Shown one piece after another: positions 51,370 through 59,607 of a DNA stretch of 64,000 nucleotides (position 1 is the first letter of the stretch; each line of letters begins with the position of its first letter). Below the pieces are notes generated by a model. It saw nothing but the letters and a program-made list of their open reading frames with translations, was not told where the DNA came from and did not search any database. A program made the translations under genes and the position numbers. Source of the stretch: Candidatus Omnitrophota bacterium (GTDB taxonomy: Bacteria; Omnitrophota; Gorgyraeia; Tantalellales; Tantalellaceae); the NCBI GenBank assembly GCA_024277375.1, contig JAJRVD010000041.1, positions 2,323 through 66,322 of the forward strand, given 5' to 3'.

Positions 51370-52017
51370 ATGGATAAAAATCCGTCTAATTCTATAAAAA
51401 TTCTTGTTACCGCGGGGCCTACCAGAGAGCCGATAGATCCGGTTAGATATATTTCCAATCTTTCCAGTGGAATGATGGGATACGAAATAGCCACGGAGTG
51501 CGAGAAACGCGGATTTGACGTCTGCCTTATAAGCGGCCCGGTAGAAATATCGCCGCCCAAGGGGGTTGATACGATATATGTAACTACCGCAAGTGAAATG
51601 AGAGACAAGGTTAATGAACAAATTGAAAGCTCCGGATGTATTATAATGACGGCCGCGGTATGCGATTTCAGGCCGGATAAGATCAAAGAACAAAAGATAA
51701 AAGAAGATGAAAGCTTAACCTTAAAACTCGTAAAAAATCCCGATATTTTAAAAGGAATAGAAAATAATAAGGATCTGGTGAAAGTAGGGTTTGCGCTGGA
51801 AACCGAAAACGCCGTCGAAAACGCCAAAAAAAAGATCAAGGAGAAATTTCTGGACTTGATCGTTCTCAACGAGAAGACCGAAAGCAACGAACCTTTTGGA
51901 CCGGGTGAAAAGAGGGCCAGGATCCTTGACAATAAAGGAAACATCAAAGAATTCAATAAAGTTACAAAGCCGGAACTGGCCCGGGTTTTGATCGACGAGA
52001 TAGAGGGGCTTTTATGA
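51370..52017 (+). CDS. coaB: Phosphopantothenate--cysteine ligase (CoaB half of CoaBC)
   Basis: ILVTAGPTREPIDPVRYISNLSSGMMG. It is in the same reading frame as coaC, separated only by a TAA and five codons. Confidence 0.85.
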   Translation: MDKNPSNSIKILVTAGPTREPIDPVRYISNLSSGMMGYEIATECEKRGFDVCLISGPVEISPPKGVDTIYVTTASEMRDKVNEQIESSGCIIMTAAVCDFRPDKIKEQKIKEDESLTLKLVKNPDILKGIENNKDLVKVGFALETENAVENAKKKIKEKFLDLIVLNEKTESNEPFGPGEKRARILDNKGNIKEFNKVTKPELARVLIDEIEGLL

Positions 52018-52454
52018 GCAAGAAAGCCCGTACAAACAATAGTGGATTTACGCTGGGAGAGTTAGTGGTTGTTTTTGCCATAGTATTTATAGTCGGAGCG
52101 CTTTTGACCCCGGTCGTTAAGTATAGCCAGAGAAGAACAGATAAGATATTATGCGCTAACAACTTACGGGAATTGGGTCTGGCTTTGTACATATATGCTC
52201 AGGAGAATGAGGGCAAGTTTCCTGTGGCGTTGAAAACGCTTTATGAAGAGCATTATTTAGCCGATCCGAAGTTCACGGATTGTCCCGCGGCAGTCGCGCG
52301 CGGTCCGGGTATCTCCGGCGATTATATATATACGTCGGGATTATCGGCGAGATCTCCCTCGGGCCAGGTTCTTGTGAGGGATAAGTCGAAGAATCACTCC
52401 TCCGGGGGCAAAAATGTTCTTTATGTTGACGGCAGTGTTGCATGGGAAGGGTAA
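52014..52454 (+). CDS. Prepilin-type N-terminal cleavage/methylation domain protein of the DUF1559 type (PVC-superphylum pseudopilin-like)
   Basis: N-terminal motif GFTLGELVVVFAIVFIVGALL and C-terminal motif NVLYVDGSVAW. Confidence 0.75.
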   Translation: MSKKARTNNSGFTLGELVVVFAIVFIVGALLTPVVKYSQRRTDKILCANNLRELGLALYIYAQENEGKFPVALKTLYEEHYLADPKFTDCPAAVARGPGISGDYIYTSGLSARSPSGQVLVRDKSKNHSSGGKNVLYVDGSVAWEG

Positions 52455-52552
52455 AATTTAACTATTATTGACATTTTCAGCTTATTGTGATAATTTAACC
52501 AATTATTGTAACTGGAAACAGTGGACGTGTTTAGGATTATATATATATTAGG

Positions 52553-52626
52553 GGCGCGGTGGCCGAGAAGCTAGGCAGCGGTCTGCAAAATCGCGTACAC
52601 CGGTGCGAATCCGGTCCGCGCCTCCA
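52553..52626 (+). tRNA. tRNA-Cys (GCA)
   Basis: GGCGCGGTGGCCGAGAAGCTAGGCAGCGGTCTGCAAAATCGCGTACACCGGTGCGAATCCGGTCCGCGCCTCCA, 74 nt, anticodon GCA. Confidence 0.85.
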
Positions 52627-52641
52627 GAATAATCAAAGAGT

Positions 52642-52718
52642 GGGCGGTTAGCTCAGATGGTTAGAGCGCCACGTTGACATCGTGGAGGTCACCGGTTCGA
52701 TTCCAGTATCGCCCACCA
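52642..52718 (+). tRNA. tRNA-Val (GAC)
   Basis: GGGCGGTTAGCTCAGATGGTTAGAGCGCCACGTTGACATCGTGGAGGTCACCGGTTCGATTCCAGTATCGCCCACCA. Confidence 0.9.
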
Positions 52719-52810
52719 TTATATTTGCTTTGCAAAAATTGCGGAGCACCGAAACATTGATCAATCGGTAGGGGCGTATCGCGATACGCCCCTATGTAGA
52801 ACACTTGGTC

Positions 52811-52896
52811 GGGCGAGTGGCGGAATGGCAGACGCAAAGGACTTAAAATCCTTCGGTTGTAAAACCATGAGGGTTCAAGTCCCTCCTCGCCCACCA
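52811..52896 (+). tRNA. tRNA-Leu (TAA)
   Basis: GGGCGAGTGGCGGAATGGCAGACGCAAAGGACTTAAAATCCTTCGGTTGTAAAACCATGAGGGTTCAAGTCCCTCCTCGCCCACCA, with a long variable arm. Confidence 0.9.
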
Positions 52897-52970
52897 ATTT
52901 GATTTAGAAACGGTAGGGGCATATAGCCATACACCCCTACAACATGTATTAATAGTTCCAAGGCGAAACA

Positions 52971-54740
52971 ATGGTTAAGAAAATAGACGAAAAATTACAG
53001 GACTTGAGGCATAGCGCATCGCACATTATGGCGGATGCGGTAAAAAAGCTATATCCGGGCGTTAAGCTGGGTATAGGTCCGGCTATTGATGACGGGTTTT
53101 ACTATGATTTCGATTTTACCGAATGCGAGGCAGCTTCAACAGGTGACTTAAATAACAATTTTTTAACGCCGGAAGATCTGCCAAAGATCGAAGAAGAGAT
53201 GAAAAAGATCATTAAGGCGGGTCTTGTGTTTGAACAGGAAACGGTCTCGAGGGAAGACGTTGAAAAAGTTTTGGCCAGAGATAAAGAGACCTATAAGCTG
53301 GAGCTGTTAAAAGAGTTGACGGATACGGAAATTTCTTTGTACAAACATGGTGATTTTGTTGATCTTTGCAAAGGACCACATGTTGAGAAAACCAGCCTGA
53401 TAGGCGCGTTTAAACTGTTATCTGTAGCGGGAGCTTATTGGAGAGGGAACGAGAACAACCCGATGTTGCAGCGCATATACGGTACCGCTTTTCGTGACAG
53501 AAAAGAACTCAAAAAGTTCTTAATGCTGAGAGAAGAGGCCAGGAAGAGAGATCACAGAAAACTTGGCAAGGAGCTGGAGTTGTTCAGTTTTAGTGATGTC
53601 GCGGGTGCGGGACTCGTTCTTTTTCATCCTAAGGGAGCGATGCTTCGTCAGACAGTAGTCGACTATATAACAAAAAAACATCTCCAAAAAGGATACGAGC
53701 TTATTTCAAGTCCTCACATTTTTAAAAGTGATATATGGATGAAGTCGGGCCACTATGACTATTACAAAGACAATATGTATATTTTTGAAAAAGATGATCA
53801 GGAATATGCCGTTAAACCCATGAACTGTCCCGGGCATATACTTGTCTACGCGTCGCGCGTCAGGAGTTACAGGGAGCTGCCGATAAGATATTTTGAGTTG
53901 GGAAGTGTATACAGGCATGAAAAATCAGGTGTGCTCCACGGTCTTTTGCGTGTAAGGGGTTTCACCCAGGATGACGCGCATATCTTTTGTTTACGGGAAC
54001 AGGTTGAAGAGGAAGTTGTCGATGTTATTGATCTTGTGGCAGAGGTGCTTGAGGTGTTCGGGTTTACGGACTTTGAAGTTGAACTTTCGACGAAGCCCGA
54101 AAAGTATATAGGCTCGGATGAGGATTGGGAAGAGGCCACGAACGCTTTAAAAAAGGCACTTGAAGCAAAAGGGATAGAGTACGATATAAACGAAGGTGAC
54201 GGCGCGTTCTACGGTCCTAAAATAGATATTAAACTGAAAGACGCTTTAGGCAGGTCATGGCAATGCGCGACGGTGCAATGTGATTTTGCTCTACCCGAAA
54301 GATTTGACCTGACATACGCTGATAAAGACGGGAATAAGAAGAGGCCGGTGGTTCTTCATCGCGTAGTTTTGGGAAGCTTAGAGAGGTTTATAGGCGCGTT
54401 AATAGAACATTATGGCGGAGACTTCCCGTTGTGGCTCGCGCCGACTCAAGTAATGATCGTACCGATAACGGAAGAACAGGTCGACTATGGCCTGGAAATA
54501 AAGAAAGAACTTTGCGCCAGGGGCATGAGGGCGGAAATAGATGTGCGAGGCGAGAAAATGCAGAAAAAGATCCGTGACGCGGAGTTGACAAAAATACCGT
54601 ACATGGCGGTTATTGGCGCCAGAGAAAAAGACAATAAAGAGATTTCCTTAAGAGGACGCAAAAAAGGGAATATTGGTGTTATGGGCCAGGAAGATTTCTT
54701 TGAGATGTTGACCAAAGAGGTCGAGAAAAAAACAGCGTAG
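52971..54740 (+). CDS. thrS: Threonyl-tRNA synthetase (short form lacking the TGS N-domain)
   Basis: 589 aa with the editing-domain HSASHIMA motif, class II catalytic motifs and a C-terminal anticodon-binding domain. Confidence 0.95.
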   Translation: MVKKIDEKLQDLRHSASHIMADAVKKLYPGVKLGIGPAIDDGFYYDFDFTECEAASTGDLNNNFLTPEDLPKIEEEMKKIIKAGLVFEQETVSREDVEKVLARDKETYKLELLKELTDTEISLYKHGDFVDLCKGPHVEKTSLIGAFKLLSVAGAYWRGNENNPMLQRIYGTAFRDRKELKKFLMLREEARKRDHRKLGKELELFSFSDVAGAGLVLFHPKGAMLRQTVVDYITKKHLQKGYELISSPHIFKSDIWMKSGHYDYYKDNMYIFEKDDQEYAVKPMNCPGHILVYASRVRSYRELPIRYFELGSVYRHEKSGVLHGLLRVRGFTQDDAHIFCLREQVEEEVVDVIDLVAEVLEVFGFTDFEVELSTKPEKYIGSDEDWEEATNALKKALEAKGIEYDINEGDGAFYGPKIDIKLKDALGRSWQCATVQCDFALPERFDLTYADKDGNKKRPVVLHRVVLGSLERFIGALIEHYGGDFPLWLAPTQVMIVPITEEQVDYGLEIKKELCARGMRAEIDVRGEKMQKKIRDAELTKIPYMAVIGAREKDNKEISLRGRKKGNIGVMGQEDFFEMLTKEVEKKTA

Positions 54741-54850
54741 AGCGCACAGCGTAAATCGAATAGTTTTAGTGGGGCGGTCGAGGAAGAATCAAACGGAATT
54801 TATCTAAACGCTGTCCGCTCTACGCTTAGGGTTATGCAAAATGGAACTTT

Positions 54851-54963
54851 CGTAATTCGTTTGGAGTATGGCCGCAGACAATTACAGTATATTGTAGGGG
54901 TTCGATTCATCGAACCCGACATAAAGGGCTTGATGAATCAAGCCCCTACATTGTGACACAGTT
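54851..54963 (-). mobile_element. MITE-like repeat, copy 10, inverted orientation
   Basis: CGTAATTCGTTTGGAGTATGGCCGCAGACAATTACAGTATATTGTAGGGGTTCGATTCATCGAACCC...GGGCTTGATGAATCAAGCCCCTACATTGTGACACAG. Confidence 0.85.
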
Positions 54964-55020
54964 TGATTTGAAAACGGCGTTTTGCGGAACTCTAGCTGTA
55001 CGTTAAATAAGGAGGTAGTT

Positions 55021-55596
55021 ATTTCAAAGAACATAAGCTTTAACAGGAACAGGGGAAGAGTCTTTGATAAAACCAGGATCAATACCTGGATAAAGGTTCC
55101 GCAGGTTCGGTTAATTGACGATGAAGGTAATCAGCTGGGGGTGGTGGACACACATGTAGGGCTTAACCTGGCCAGGGAAAAAGGTCTGGATATAGTAGAG
55201 GTTTCGCCAACGTCAAAGCCTCCGGTATGCCGGATAATGGATTACAGTAAATATAAGTACGAGCAGGAGAAAAAACGAAAACTCGCTAAGAAAAAACAGC
55301 ATGTAACGCATATAAAGGAAATGAGATTCAAGCTACGTATTGAGAACCATGATTATCAAGTTAAACTGAAAAGCATAAAAGAGTTTTTGGGAAATAAAGA
55401 TAAGGTGAGGATCTTGCTGAGGTTCAGAGGCAGAGAGAACGCCCATAAGGAATTAGGGGTAGAGCTGTTCAATAGAATAGCTAATGATGTTTCCGCTCTT
55501 GGCGAGATGGAAACATCTCCAAAGGCAATGGGCAGAACGGTGAGCGTAACGATAGCTCCTAAGGCCGCGGAACCCGAAAACGAAGAAAAAAAATAA
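55021..55596 (+). CDS. infC: Translation initiation factor IF-3, with an unusual ATT start codon
   Basis: RBS AAGGAGGT at 55008-55016 is followed by in-frame ATT at 55021. There is no ATG, GTG or TTG in frame before the conserved core ([17 protein letters not shown]). The infC-rpmI-rplT synteny is present. Confidence 0.85.
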   Translation: MSKNISFNRNRGRVFDKTRINTWIKVPQVRLIDDEGNQLGVVDTHVGLNLAREKGLDIVEVSPTSKPPVCRIMDYSKYKYEQEKKRKLAKKKQHVTHIKEMRFKLRIENHDYQVKLKSIKEFLGNKDKVRILLRFRGRENAHKELGVELFNRIANDVSALGEMETSPKAMGRTVSVTIAPKAAEPENEEKK

Positions 55597-55625
55597 GAAT
55601 AAACACAAAAAGAGGTGAAGATAAG

Positions 55626-55823
55626 ATGCCAAAACTAAAAACGAACAAGGGTGCGCAAAAACGGTTTAAATTAACTAAAACCGGAAAAGTGAAGAGACAG
55701 AAGGAAGGTGCAAGGCATATTCTTACGAAAAAAACAAAGAAACGTAAGCGTTCGCTAAGGACTGCCACTACGGTGGATAAAACTATTGAAAAAAAGATAC
55801 GCAGCTTAATGCCATATGCGTAG
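55626..55823 (+). CDS. rpmI: 50S ribosomal protein L35
   Basis: [24 protein letters not shown]... Confidence 0.9.
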   Translation: MPKLKTNKGAQKRFKLTKTGKVKRQKEGARHILTKKTKKRKRSLRTATTVDKTIEKKIRSLMPYA

Positions 55824-55848
55824 TAGAGTGTAAAAGAAGGAGAAAGAG

Positions 55849-56199
55849 ATGCCACGAGTAAAACATGCGTCAAGCTCGCTTAAAAGAAGAAAAAAGACCC
55901 TTAATGCCGTAAAGGGACAACGCGGATCAAGGTCTAAATTGCTTAGAACGGCTAAAGAGGCTGAACGTAAGAGCATGATCTCAAGCTACATCGACAGGAA
56001 AAAGAAAAAAAGTAATTTTCGGTCATTGTGGATCACACGGATCACCGCGGCTTGTAAAGCGGAAGGAACTTCTTACAGCAAGTTTATCGCGGGACTTAAA
56101 AAAGCGAACATCGAGCTTGACCGGAAGATCCTGGCGGATCTTGCGGAAAACGACGCGAAAGCGTTCAAAACACTCATAAAACAAGTTGCGGTAAAATAA
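55849..56199 (+). CDS. rplT: 50S ribosomal protein L20
   Basis: [38 protein letters not shown]... Confidence 0.93.
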   Translation: MPRVKHASSSLKRRKKTLNAVKGQRGSRSKLLRTAKEAERKSMISSYIDRKKKKSNFRSLWITRITAACKAEGTSYSKFIAGLKKANIELDRKILADLAENDAKAFKTLIKQVAVK

Positions 56200-56299
56200 A
56201 TGAGACCACAGCTTATGGAGCAAAGTGACATAAGCTGTGTGGACGAATTTATTCCCGCGGAAGCGGGGAGTCATGGAAGAAATAGATTTCCGTTTTTCA

Positions 56300-56414
56300 G
56301 ACTGTGTCATAATGTAGGGGCTTGATTCATCAAGCCCGTTATATCGGGTTCGATAAATCGAACCCCTACATTATGTTGTATGCGGCCACCCGCGAAACGA
56401 ATTACGACACAGCC
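56300..56414 (+). mobile_element. MITE-like repeat, copy 11
   Basis: GACTGTGTCATAATGTAGGGGCTTGATTCATCAAGCCCGTTATATCGGGTTCGATAAATCGAACCCCTACATTATG...AATTACGACACAGCC. Confidence 0.85.
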
Positions 56415-56445
56415 TGTTCACGGGAATGACAGTGGAAACTAAACT

Positions 56446-57789
56446 ATGGGAAGGTTAACTCCTCCACAAGTCTTGATATTGAGTTTTCTGTGCGCGATAC
56501 TGATCGGCACGGCAGCGTTGTCGTTGCCGATTGCTACAGAAGGTCCGGAGAGAATGACGTTGGTAGATAGTCTTTTTACCGCTACCAGCGCTACATGTGT
56601 TACCGGGCTTATTGTAAAAGACACATCGAGTCATTTTGCTACGTTCGGGAGATGGGTTATCTTCGCGTTATTTCAAATGGGCGGCTTGGGGATAATGACC
56701 TTTTCGACCCTTTTTGCCGTAATGCTGGGGAAAAAGCTGGGCTTCCTGGAAACCGATATTCTTCGGAATACTCTGGATAAACACAACATTCTTGGATTAA
56801 AAAAGCTTATCGTGTATATTTTAGGTATCACGGTAGCCACCGAAGCTATCGGTGCCGCGGTTTTGTTTTTCAGGTGGCGGATGATAACGGATTGGACTGT
56901 TGTGGCAACTCTGGAAAAGTCTATCTTTCACGCTGTATCGGGATTTTGTAACGCGGGCTTCGCTCTGTTCGCGAACAGCCTGGAAAGTTTTAGCGCGGAT
57001 CCGGTAATAAACCTGATAATGATAGCGCTTATATTTTTAGGCGGTATCGGATTCGTCGTTATTCTGGATTCTTTAGGGCTTTTATATAAACGCGGTCCGG
57101 AGAGAAGACTTAGCCTCCAGTCAAAGATAGCGCTTACGACATCTTTGGTTCTTATAGTGGTGGGAGCGCTTTTAATATTTATTTTTGAAAAAGATAATCT
57201 CTTGAGAGTTATGTCCTGGCCTCAACGTTTGTGGGCTGCCACGTTCCAGTCGGTAACGGCAAGGACTGCCGGGTTTAATACGATACCTATAGGCCAGATG
57301 GCGACACCTACTCTTTTGTCTCTGGTGTTTTTGATGTTTATAGGGGCATCACCCGGTTCGACAGGTGGCGGAATAAAGACCTGTACCTTTGCTATTTTAA
57401 TAGCGGCGGTAGCTACTATGATAAGGAACAGAAAGCATGTCAGGCTCTATAATCGTTCCATACCAACCCAAGTTATACGAGAGTCTATAGTAATATTTCT
57501 TTTGGCGGGTGCTTGGGTGTTTATTTTTACGGTAGTACTCACCTGGGTAGAAGCGGGCCACGCGGGCGGTACGAGCTTGATGAAATCTTTATTTGAAATA
57601 GTTTCAGCTTTTGGCACGGTAGGTCTTTCAACGGGTATAACAGAAGGGCTTAGCAGCGCGGGTAAATTATGTGTAACCGCGACGATGTTCGCGGGAAGGC
57701 TGGGACCGTTAACGCTTGCTTTGGCCATAGCTTTTAAAGAAAGAAAAGAAAGTTATCGTTTTCCGGAAGAAAGCGTAATGGTAGGATAA
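56446..57789 (+). CDS. ktrB: Potassium uptake protein, TrkH/KtrB family
   Basis: 447 aa, multi-TM with GLG-type selectivity motifs (QMGGLGIMTF). Confidence 0.9.
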   Translation: MGRLTPPQVLILSFLCAILIGTAALSLPIATEGPERMTLVDSLFTATSATCVTGLIVKDTSSHFATFGRWVIFALFQMGGLGIMTFSTLFAVMLGKKLGFLETDILRNTLDKHNILGLKKLIVYILGITVATEAIGAAVLFFRWRMITDWTVVATLEKSIFHAVSGFCNAGFALFANSLESFSADPVINLIMIALIFLGGIGFVVILDSLGLLYKRGPERRLSLQSKIALTTSLVLIVVGALLIFIFEKDNLLRVMSWPQRLWAATFQSVTARTAGFNTIPIGQMATPTLLSLVFLMFIGASPGSTGGGIKTCTFAILIAAVATMIRNRKHVRLYNRSIPTQVIRESIVIFLLAGAWVFIFTVVLTWVEAGHAGGTSLMKSLFEIVSAFGTVGLSTGITEGLSSAGKLCVTATMFAGRLGPLTLALAIAFKERKESYRFPEESVMVG

Positions 57790-57806
57790 TCTAACAGGAG
57801 GATCCC

Positions 57807-58481
57807 ATGAAACAGTTTGCTGTTATAGGTTTAGGGCGGTTCGGATCCAGTGTGGCGGCGGCACTTGCGGAAAAAGGACAGCAGGTTATCGCGATCGATA
57901 CTAACGAAGATCTGGTGCACGATGTGATGGATATCGTTACAAAAGCGGTATGTATGGACGCTACTGATGAAAAAGCGGTTAAGTCCGTGGGGATACAAAA
58001 TGTTGATGTGGCTATATGTGCCATAGGCACGGACATTGAAGCTAGTATTTTGATAACACTGTTGTTGAAAGATCTTGGTATTCCCGTGATCATAGGAAAT
58101 GCAGTGAGCACAGCCCATAAAAAAGTTCTCGAAAGGGTAGGGGCTACAAAAGTTATTCAGCCTGAAAAAGATATGGGCAAGAGGATAGCCGATACTTTGA
58201 CCTCTGTGACCGACACGGTAATAGACCATGTAGGGATTTCGGAGAATTCCAGTGTTATAGAACTTATCGCTCCGGAAGAATTTGTTGGCCAGACTTTGAG
58301 GGATCTGGACATCAGAACACGGTTTGGCGTAAATGTCATAGCTATTAAGAGGAAGGCGGATAAAAATTCAGATGAGACGATCAATATAACTCCCCAGGCG
58401 GATGATGTTGTCGCGAAAGAAGATGTGCTGATCCTGTTTGGAGAGAACGCTAAGATCGAAAACCTAAATAAAAAAAGCTGA
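57807..58481 (+). CDS. ktrA: Potassium uptake regulatory subunit KtrA/TrkA (RCK_N plus RCK_C)
   Basis: AVIGLGRFGSSVAAAL Rossmann motif, 224 aa. Confidence 0.9.
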   Translation: MKQFAVIGLGRFGSSVAAALAEKGQQVIAIDTNEDLVHDVMDIVTKAVCMDATDEKAVKSVGIQNVDVAICAIGTDIEASILITLLLKDLGIPVIIGNAVSTAHKKVLERVGATKVIQPEKDMGKRIADTLTSVTDTVIDHVGISENSSVIELIAPEEFVGQTLRDLDIRTRFGVNVIAIKRKADKNSDETINITPQADDVVAKEDVLILFGENAKIENLNKKS

Positions 58482-58485
58482 ACAA

Positions 58486-59508
58486 ATGAACGCGTTAGAA
58501 AAACTTGAAAAAATAAAAATAGATGTTGAGACGGCTCTGGCAGAGGCCAAGGGCGCGCAAGAGGTAGATTCGGTCAGAGTGAAATACTTGGGGCGAAAAG
58601 GTGAGCTTACGTCAATTTTGAGATCTCTATCTGATCTTTCAAAGGAAGAAAAAGCCGAGGTCGGAAAACGCGCAAATATACTAAAAGGTGAACTTGTCGC
58701 GAAGTTTACTCAAGCGCAAAACGCGATGGAATCAGAACAGTCAAATTCCGTGGGAAAAGAAATAGACGTAACTCTACCGGGGATCGCTCCGAGAGTGGGA
58801 ACCGTTCATCCCTTAACCCGGGTAATGGTACGGATTAACGAAATATTGATCTCGCTCGGGTTTAAAATAGCGGAAGGACCGGAGATAGAATCAGAATTTT
58901 ATAATTTTGAAGCGCTGAACATCCCCTTAGATCATCCTTCTCGAGACGCGTTTGATACGTTCTATATCGATAAGGAATATCTTCTTAGAAGCCATACGTC
59001 TAACGTACAGATACATGTTATGCAAAATCAAGCTCCTCCGCTTCAGGTTATTATGCCCGGCAGGGTCTACCGGCCCGACGCGGTAGATGCTTCACATTCT
59101 TTTATGTTCCATCAGGTCGAAGGGCTTATGGTCGACAAAGGGATAAAGTTTTCTGACCTTAAAGGCGTGCTTTCAATGTTTTGTAAGACAATGTTCGGTA
59201 AAGATATAGAGACGAGGCTCAGGCCTCACTTCTTTCCGTTCACCGAACCCAGCTGTGAAGTTGATATTTCCTGTATAATGTGTATGGGCAAAGGATGCCG
59301 TGTATGCTCAGGTAACGGCTGGCTGGAGATCCTGGGAGCGGGGATGGTGAATCCTAAGGTGTTTGAATCCGTAGGATACGATCCGAACGAATACACGGGT
59401 TTTGCTTTTGGGATGGGAGTTGAAAGAATAGCCATGCTTTTGTACGGGATAGAAGACATTAGATTATTTTATGAAAATGATGTAAGATTCTTGAAGCAGT
59501 TTAAATAA
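58486..59508 (+). CDS. pheS: Phenylalanine--tRNA ligase alpha subunit
   Basis: 340 aa with class II motifs (FRPDAVDASHSFMFHQVEGL). Confidence 0.95.
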   Translation: MNALEKLEKIKIDVETALAEAKGAQEVDSVRVKYLGRKGELTSILRSLSDLSKEEKAEVGKRANILKGELVAKFTQAQNAMESEQSNSVGKEIDVTLPGIAPRVGTVHPLTRVMVRINEILISLGFKIAEGPEIESEFYNFEALNIPLDHPSRDAFDTFYIDKEYLLRSHTSNVQIHVMQNQAPPLQVIMPGRVYRPDAVDASHSFMFHQVEGLMVDKGIKFSDLKGVLSMFCKTMFGKDIETRLRPHFFPFTEPSCEVDISCIMCMGKGCRVCSGNGWLEILGAGMVNPKVFESVGYDPNEYTGFAFGMGVERIAMLLYGIEDIRLFYENDVRFLKQFK

Positions 59509-59522
59509 GTTGCAGAGAATAC

Positions 59523-59592
59523 ACACCGGGTTTGGGACGAAGTCCCAAACCGACGAAGTCCCAAACCCCGACGAAGTCCCAAACCCGGTGTG
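59523..59592. repeat. Three tandem 16-bp units (GACGAAGTCCCAAACC), each a mini-hairpin GGGACgaaGTCCC, enclosed by a 15-bp inverted repeat
   Basis: The outer inverted repeat is CACACCGGGTTTGGG / CCCAAACCCGGTGTG, between pheS and pheT. Confidence 0.7.
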
Positions 59593-59607
59593 GAAACGGT
59601 CAACATT

